DNA of 64,000 nt from Candidatus Spyradenecus sp. (GTDB lineage Bacteria > Verrucomicrobiota > Verrucomicrobiia > Opitutales > UBA953). Positions within the stretch are counted from its first letter, which is position 1, and each line of letters starts with the position of its first letter. The position numbers were made by a program, and so were the translations under genes. This document shows positions 59,433-64,000 of the stretch, one piece after another. The stretch lies in NCBI GenBank assembly GCA_045535075.1, contig JAZSKX010000015.1:64001-128000 (forward strand), given 5' to 3'. The notes below the pieces were generated by a model. That model was not told the DNA's origin and did not search any database. It was given only the letters and a program-made list of their open reading frames with translations.

Positions 59433-59822
59433 TCAGTGTTTCTTCGGCGGCTTACGGCCCTGATCCGGATTTTTCGGCGGAGGTTTTTTCTTCGGTTTTC
59501 TTTTTTTCTTTTTGTGCTTTTTCCTGGGCGGATCGTCATCGTCGAAGAAATCATCGTCGTCTTTTTCGTCGGCTACTTCTTTTGGCGGCGGATAAACGAC
59601 GGGATGCGGCGGCCCGTGGCGGGAATTCGGATCTCCCGGTTTTCCGTCCGGAGCCGGGCGTCGGCTTCTGTCGGGAATCCAACCGACGCGATTCATGCGA
59701 TAAAGCGGATGGTAGGGATCGTCGTAGCAGGTGGCAGGTGTCGGTTCTGCACAGCCGAACAGCAGAAATACACTCAATGCGCAAATCTGCCGAATCCCGA
59801 AGATTGTAGGAATTCCGTTCAT
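59433..59822 (-). CDS. Small low-complexity putative lipoprotein
   Basis: LLFGC lipobox-like, followed by P-rich, acidic and basic tracts. Confidence 0.5.
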   Translation of the reverse strand: MNGIPTIFGIRQICALSVFLLFGCAEPTPATCYDDPYHPLYRMNRVGWIPDRSRRPAPDGKPGDPNSRHGPPHPVVYPPPKEVADEKDDDDFFDDDDPPRKKHKKKKRKPKKKPPPKNPDQGRKPPKKH

Positions 59823-60013
59823 CGTTTCCCCGATAGAGTTTCGGGAATAGTGTAAATGTTGAGGCAATCGTGCAATGAAATAAGGAACCGCCGCAAATTC
59901 TTGCCTTTACGTACAAATCCGTAACCGCAAGGACGATGAGATTGTCGTTCCCGCAAAAAAAACGTTCCCGCGAGAAAATCTCACGGGAACACACGTCTCA
60001 AGCGTACAAAAAA

Positions 60014-60102
60014 GAACCGCGAATCAACACGGATTTACACGAATCGTTTTTTTTCTTCTTTCGAAGGAAATAATCCGTGTTTTCTCGCGTCTTCCGTGGT
60101 TC
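60014..60102. repeat. Imperfect palindromic element built from short periodic CACG(G/A)A units
   Basis: AACCGCGAATCAACACGGATTTACACGAAT ... AATCCGTGTTTTCTCGCGTCTTCCGTGGTT; AACACGGATT/AATCCGTGTT is a perfect inverted 10-mer. Confidence 0.6.
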
Positions 60103-60121
60103 CTTATTTTTTATTTTTTGC

Positions 60122-60850
60122 TTATTCCAAACCGAGAACGGCGTCCATCCCGTAAATTGCCGGCGTCTTGCCGACAACCCAGTTCGCTGCATGTACTGCG
60201 CCGTTTGCAAAAATCGCACGCGACTCCGCCTTGTGCGTGAGTTCGACGCGCTCGCCTTCTCCGGCGAAAATCACCGTATGATCGCCGACGACGCTTCCGC
60301 CGCGCAACGCGTGCACGCCGATTTCGTCGCGGGAACGCTCACCGACCAAGCCCGAGCGCCCGTGGCGTTCGACGGATTTATTCAAGCCGCGTGCGGCTTC
60401 GACGACGGCGAGCAGCTTTTCCGCCGTTCCCGAAGGCGCATCTTTTTTGTGACGGTGGTGCATTTCGACAACTTCAATTTCGAAGGACTCATCGAGTAAT
60501 TTCGCAGCTTTGCCGACGAGCCAATTCAGCACGTTTACGCCGACGGAATAATTTCCCGCCCAGACAATCGGAATTTTTTTTGCCGCAGCTTCGATGCGGG
60601 AACGTTCTTCCGCCGTGTGCCCGGTCGTGCCGATGACGAGCGGTTTTCCCGCTTCCGCGCAGGCTTCCGCGAGCGCCGGCGTTACTTCGTGAAAAGAAAA
60701 GTCAATCGCGACGTTGCAGGCGGCGACGGCTTCCGGCGTGAACGTTTCGCCTACATCGCATTTGGCGATAACTTCCGTTCCCGCCGCTTGTGCTGCTGCG
60801 AGAATTGCCTGTCCCATGCGTCCTTTGTAGCCGTTTAATAAAATTTTCAT
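60122..60850 (-). CDS. dapB: 4-hydroxy-tetrahydrodipicolinate reductase
   Basis: GYKGRMG, IGTTG, EMHHRHKKDAPSGTA. Confidence 0.95.
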   Translation of the reverse strand: MKILLNGYKGRMGQAILAAAQAAGTEVIAKCDVGETFTPEAVAACNVAIDFSFHEVTPALAEACAEAGKPLVIGTTGHTAEERSRIEAAAKKIPIVWAGNYSVGVNVLNWLVGKAAKLLDESFEIEVVEMHHRHKKDAPSGTAEKLLAVVEAARGLNKSVERHGRSGLVGERSRDEIGVHALRGGSVVGDHTVIFAGEGERVELTHKAESRAIFANGAVHAANWVVGKTPAIYGMDAVLGLE

Positions 60851-60906
60851 ATGTATTTTTTAATCACGAATTTGTTTGAAAGAAAACAGAAATTTGCCGC
60901 ATCGGT

Positions 60907-61839
60907 TTAGCTCGCGCTTTTCGGAAGAAAATAGCCGCGTTGTTTGTCGGAAATCGGCATTCCGAGCGTTTGCATCATAACAAGAAAGTCTTCCCAGACC
61001 ATGCGTTTGGATTTTACGGTCCCGTTGCGAAGCAGGTACGAAGGGTGGTAAGTCGGAATCACGGGAACGCCGTGAAACTCGAATTGCTTCCCGCGAATCG
61101 CGCCCATTTTGCGGTCCGGATCGTTTCCGAGCAAACCGTTAACCGCTGTCAACCCGAGCGCAACGATGACTTTCGGTTTAATGATTTCGATTTGGGCGAT
61201 GACGTAGGGCAGGCAGTACGCCATTTCTTCCGGCGTCGGCGGGCGATTGCCGACGAGCGTCGGCATTTCCGGACGCCATTTCATGATGTTGCCGATGTAA
61301 ACGTCCTTGCGGGAAAGTCCGGTCGCGGCGATGATCTTGTCGAGTAATTGGCCTGCCGGTCCGACAAACGGAATTCCTTGCGTTTCTTCTTCCGCGCCCG
61401 GCGCTTCGCCGCAGAAAAACACGGGAGAATCCGGATTCCCGTCGCCGAAAACAAGCTGTTTCCCCGCGTGTAAATGTTTTTTACATACGGAATCTGCCTG
61501 CATTTGCGCGGCAACGGAGGCGAGTTTTTCCGCTTTCGTTCCCGCGTCGGGAATTTTGACAATCGGCGGTTTCGGGAACGCCGGTGTTTTCGGTGTCGTT
61601 TTTTTCTCGACGGGAACGCTCGCTGAGGGAAACACACCGCGCGAGGGCGATGTTGCGCGCGGCGCTTTTCGCGTTTCCGGCGGCGGACTTGCGGGCGCTT
61701 CGGAAACTGCGGGAACGCCCGCTGACTTTACGGCATTACGCAGTTGCGCGAGCGATACGTCGTCTGCGACAACGCGCTCCAGACCTTCTTCTTTCAAGGC
61801 TTGAAGCGTGTCGAGCAGGATTTCGAGCGCGTCGCGCAT
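60907..61839 (-). CDS. Family 4 uracil-DNA glycosylase
   Basis: GEAPGAEE, PFVGPAG, NRPPTPEE, TYHPSYLLR. Confidence 0.9.
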   Translation of the reverse strand: MRDALEILLDTLQALKEEGLERVVADDVSLAQLRNAVKSAGVPAVSEAPASPPPETRKAPRATSPSRGVFPSASVPVEKKTTPKTPAFPKPPIVKIPDAGTKAEKLASVAAQMQADSVCKKHLHAGKQLVFGDGNPDSPVFFCGEAPGAEEETQGIPFVGPAGQLLDKIIAATGLSRKDVYIGNIMKWRPEMPTLVGNRPPTPEEMAYCLPYVIAQIEIIKPKVIVALGLTAVNGLLGNDPDRKMGAIRGKQFEFHGVPVIPTYHPSYLLRNGTVKSKRMVWEDFLVMMQTLGMPISDKQRGYFLPKSAS

Positions 61840-61860
61840 GGCGATTTTCGCTTGCGGAAA

Positions 61861-62289
61861 TTATTCCATCCCCGGGACGAATGCGAGCGTTTCGCCGTCC
61901 TGAAGATTGAGTGTGCGGTAGTAGCACGAGCGGCGCGGCAAGCCGTTTTGTCCCTTGGTGTGGCAAGCGCCTTTACCTGCCGGGCGGACAAGGTAGAGCA
62001 GGGAATTTTGTTCGCAATTGATGCGGACTTCGACGAGTTTCAGAAAATCGCCGGATGTTTTCCCTTTAATCCAAAGTTCATTGCGGGAAGTGCTCCAAAA
62101 CGTCGCCATGCCTTCCTTTAGCGCCGTTTCGAGCGCAAGTTTGTTCGCGTAAGCAACAATCAGCACTTCCTTTGTGTCGGCATCTTGTGCGACCACGGGA
62201 ACGACATCGGATTCGCATTGCGCCATGGCTTTGCGCAGTTTCGTGAAGTCAAAATCCAGCTTCAAACCTTCTTCAATTTCTTTACTCAT
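61861..62289 (-). CDS. hisI: Phosphoribosyl-AMP cyclohydrolase
   Basis: FWSTSRNELWIKGKTSG, NCEQNS, ACHT...SCYY. Confidence 0.92.
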   Translation of the reverse strand: MSKEIEEGLKLDFDFTKLRKAMAQCESDVVPVVAQDADTKEVLIVAYANKLALETALKEGMATFWSTSRNELWIKGKTSGDFLKLVEVRINCEQNSLLYLVRPAGKGACHTKGQNGLPRRSCYYRTLNLQDGETLAFVPGME

Positions 62290-62444
62290 AGTGGCGCAAG
62301 ATTCTGCCTCTCCGGCGGGAATTTGGCAAAAGAATTTGTGAACTCTCGATCTTTCGCGTTCCGGATTTCGCGATTTTTTTCGTTCCCGCGTGATTTTTGA
62401 AATTTTTTCGCGAATGTAGAGTAAATGCACTCTCTAAAACACCG

Positions 62445-62689
62445 CTACACGGCAGATTTTTTATCTGCGTTTTTCGCCACGGGAACGCCCGGAGGCGCTT
62501 TGCGTGCGCGCGGTTTGAAGTCGTACGGGAGCTCGATTTTTCCTCCGCTTTGCTTGGCATCTTCCAAGAGCGATTTAATCGCCATGCGCACGATATCCGC
62601 CGCATTCAAATGCCAGCGCTCCGCCAACGCTTCCAGCGTTTTGCGGTCTTCGGGATCAAGGCGAATCCCATGGAAGGTTTAATGTTCAT
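62445..62689 (-). pseudogene. Ribbon-helix-helix protein with an apparent 1-nt frameshift near its start
   Basis: GIRLDPEDRKTLEALAERWHLNAADIVRMAIKSLL is preceded in frame by TAA; the upstream ATG AAC ATT AAA CCT TCC ATG is one base out of frame. Confidence 0.5.
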
Positions 62690-62754
62690 TGCACCCGCAA
62701 CGATGCGCTCCCGTAGCCATTCCCGCAAACAGAAGGGCGGGAACGCAATTGCTG

Positions 62755-63213
62755 ATGAACCTTGTGTGCTATGACAAAGGCGTCGTGCGTCTTTTTAGTC
62801 TGCAGAGCGATCCGAGAAAGGCGGCATCGTTTATCGGAACTTCGGAGCGGCAGGAGCAACTTACCGTGGAAAAAGCGATGAACCAGATTGAGGAGCCGCT
62901 TCATAAGCGAATTCAGGCGGCGGTGAATGATATGGTTAACAATGGACGATCCGTCCGTTTGGTTTTCCGCGGGATCAAAACTAAGGAGCAGGCGGAAATG
63001 CTTCAGGCATTGTGTGATGAAATAGCTGAAGTTCCGAATGCATCCGTTGCCACTTACTCAATCAACGAGCAAGTTCAAACCGCGACGATCCGATTCAATC
63101 TGAAGGGGAATTCCGCAGATTTTCTAAGTGAATTGAAAGAGCGTTGTCCGGATCTCCCGCCAACGATTTCGGTAAAACAGAATAAGATTATTTTTGAATC
63201 TAAAGACATTTAA
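62755..63213 (+). CDS. Hypothetical protein, possibly an N-terminally truncated fragment
   Basis: Open frame with protein-like composition, no signal peptide, lower GC; start uncertain. Confidence 0.5.
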   Translation: MNLVCYDKGVVRLFSLQSDPRKAASFIGTSERQEQLTVEKAMNQIEEPLHKRIQAAVNDMVNNGRSVRLVFRGIKTKEQAEMLQALCDEIAEVPNASVATYSINEQVQTATIRFNLKGNSADFLSELKERCPDLPPTISVKQNKIIFESKDI

Positions 63214-63236
63214 GCAACATAAATAAAGGATTAAAT

Positions 63237-64000
63237 ATGGATACATACAAAAAATTAAAGACATTGGCTTGCGTTTTTTCTTTAGCATTGGCCCCGTTTT
63301 GCGTTTATGCTCAAGAGGAGCCGATGATGAACGTCTCTGAAGAGTTGGCGGCGGAATCCGAGGTTTCTTCTGAGCAAACGGTAGATGCTTTAATTAAGCG
63401 GTTCCTTGACGATCGTGGTTGGACGACGGAGAAGGAAAACGTCAAGAGCAACGGATCTAAATTCTATGTTTCGGTCGGCATCGGAACCATTTCGGCTCCT
63501 ATTGATCATAAAAGCTATAATAGTTCGCGAGTACGTGCATTTGACAAAGCGATGCTTGATGCGAAAGCTCAGATGGCGGAAAGCCTTGAGCAAACGATTG
63601 CAGCTTCCGTTTCTAATAGCTACGAAGAGCAATCCGGGGGCATAGCCAAAAGCCCGAATCAGGAAATATCTGATGCCGAAAAAAATGCTCCGCCGTCCGG
63701 GATTCTCGACAAGGCAAGTTTGTGGGTTTCCAAAAAATTGGATAATGCGCTTAAGGAAGAAGGCTACGATATTGATGCCGAAAACGAGAAATCGCAGGAA
63801 GAGTGTGAACGGATTGCGGCGCGAGCTAAAGAGCTGCTCAGTACGGATACGTTTAAAAAAAGCGTAAGTTCACTCGCAACTGTTTCTATTTCCGGGTTGC
63901 AGGCATTCTACACTGTTGAAGCGCAAAAGGGCAATAAAGGTGAAATCGGAGTCGTTGCGATTTGGAGTCCTGCATTGGCAGAAATGGCGAGTTCTTTTGT
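63237..64000 (+). CDS. Secreted hypothetical protein, 3'-partial (runs off the right edge)
   Basis: Translated by hand: AAGGA RBS, MDTYKKLKTLACVFSLALAPFCVYAQEEP signal peptide, open to the window end. Confidence 0.75.
   Translation, partial: MDTYKKLKTLACVFSLALAPFCVYAQEEPMMNVSEELAAESEVSSEQTVDALIKRFLDDRGWTTEKENVKSNGSKFYVSVGIGTISAPIDHKSYNSSRVRAFDKAMLDAKAQMAESLEQTIAASVSNSYEEQSGGIAKSPNQEISDAEKNAPPSGILDKASLWVSKKLDNALKEEGYDIDAENEKSQEECERIAARAKELLSTDTFKKSVSSLATVSISGLQAFYTVEAQKGNKGEIGVVAIWSPALAEMASSF

Larger units (their letters stand above)
1..62745. repeat. Dispersed, highly over-represented motif (G)CGGGAAC(G) / (C)GTTCCCG(C)
   Basis: By-eye count of the 7-mer core: about 22 in 1-6000 and about 19 in uvrA, on both strands; conspicuous throughout the core genes. 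Confidence 0.92.

Noticed and set aside
1..64000. CRISPR array suggested by GTTCCCGC / GCGGGAAC resembling some CRISPR repeat stems
   Set aside because: Copies are only 7-9 nt, irregularly spaced, in both orientations and mostly inside genes; no repeat-spacer array or cas gene was seen.
1..64000. Motif as a Chi- or KOPS-like polar signal
   Set aside because: The two blocks counted show near-equal numbers on both strands and many inverted pairs; a whole-genome skew test is still needed.

Overview
A mostly housekeeping bacterial chromosome segment, roughly 50-55% GC by eye. Gene content and protein style suggest a gut-associated Verrucomicrobiota (Opitutales-like) genome; this is an inference. 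Core genes: uvrA, queA, asnS, folB, hemE, ispE, rpmJ, rpmE, trkH, alaS, ilvD, recO-like, mazG, lnt, btuB-like, sod, cysK, glgP, rplT, rpmI, tyrS, dapB, udg, hisI and a tRNA-Leu(TAA). Accessory parts: a cluster of paralogous secreted or outer-membrane proteins (1-6 kb); a Type I R-M locus (8.6-16.4 kb) carrying two embedded HEPN/Abi-like genes and relics of Fic and four-helix-bundle genes; an Rhs relic; and a lower-GC secreted-protein region at the right end. The strongest signal is a non-palindromic motif, (G)CGGGAAC(G) / (C)GTTCCCG(C). It occurs about 4-7 times per kb in the two blocks counted by hand, on both strands and inside genes in several reading frames. It forms inverted pairs in terminator stems, and was not found in the foreign-looking DNA or ribosomal-protein genes. 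This pattern resembles a DNA-uptake sequence, but the sequence differs from the Neisseriaceae DUS and Pasteurellaceae USS. All counts were made by eye and all family assignments come from motif recognition, not database searches.
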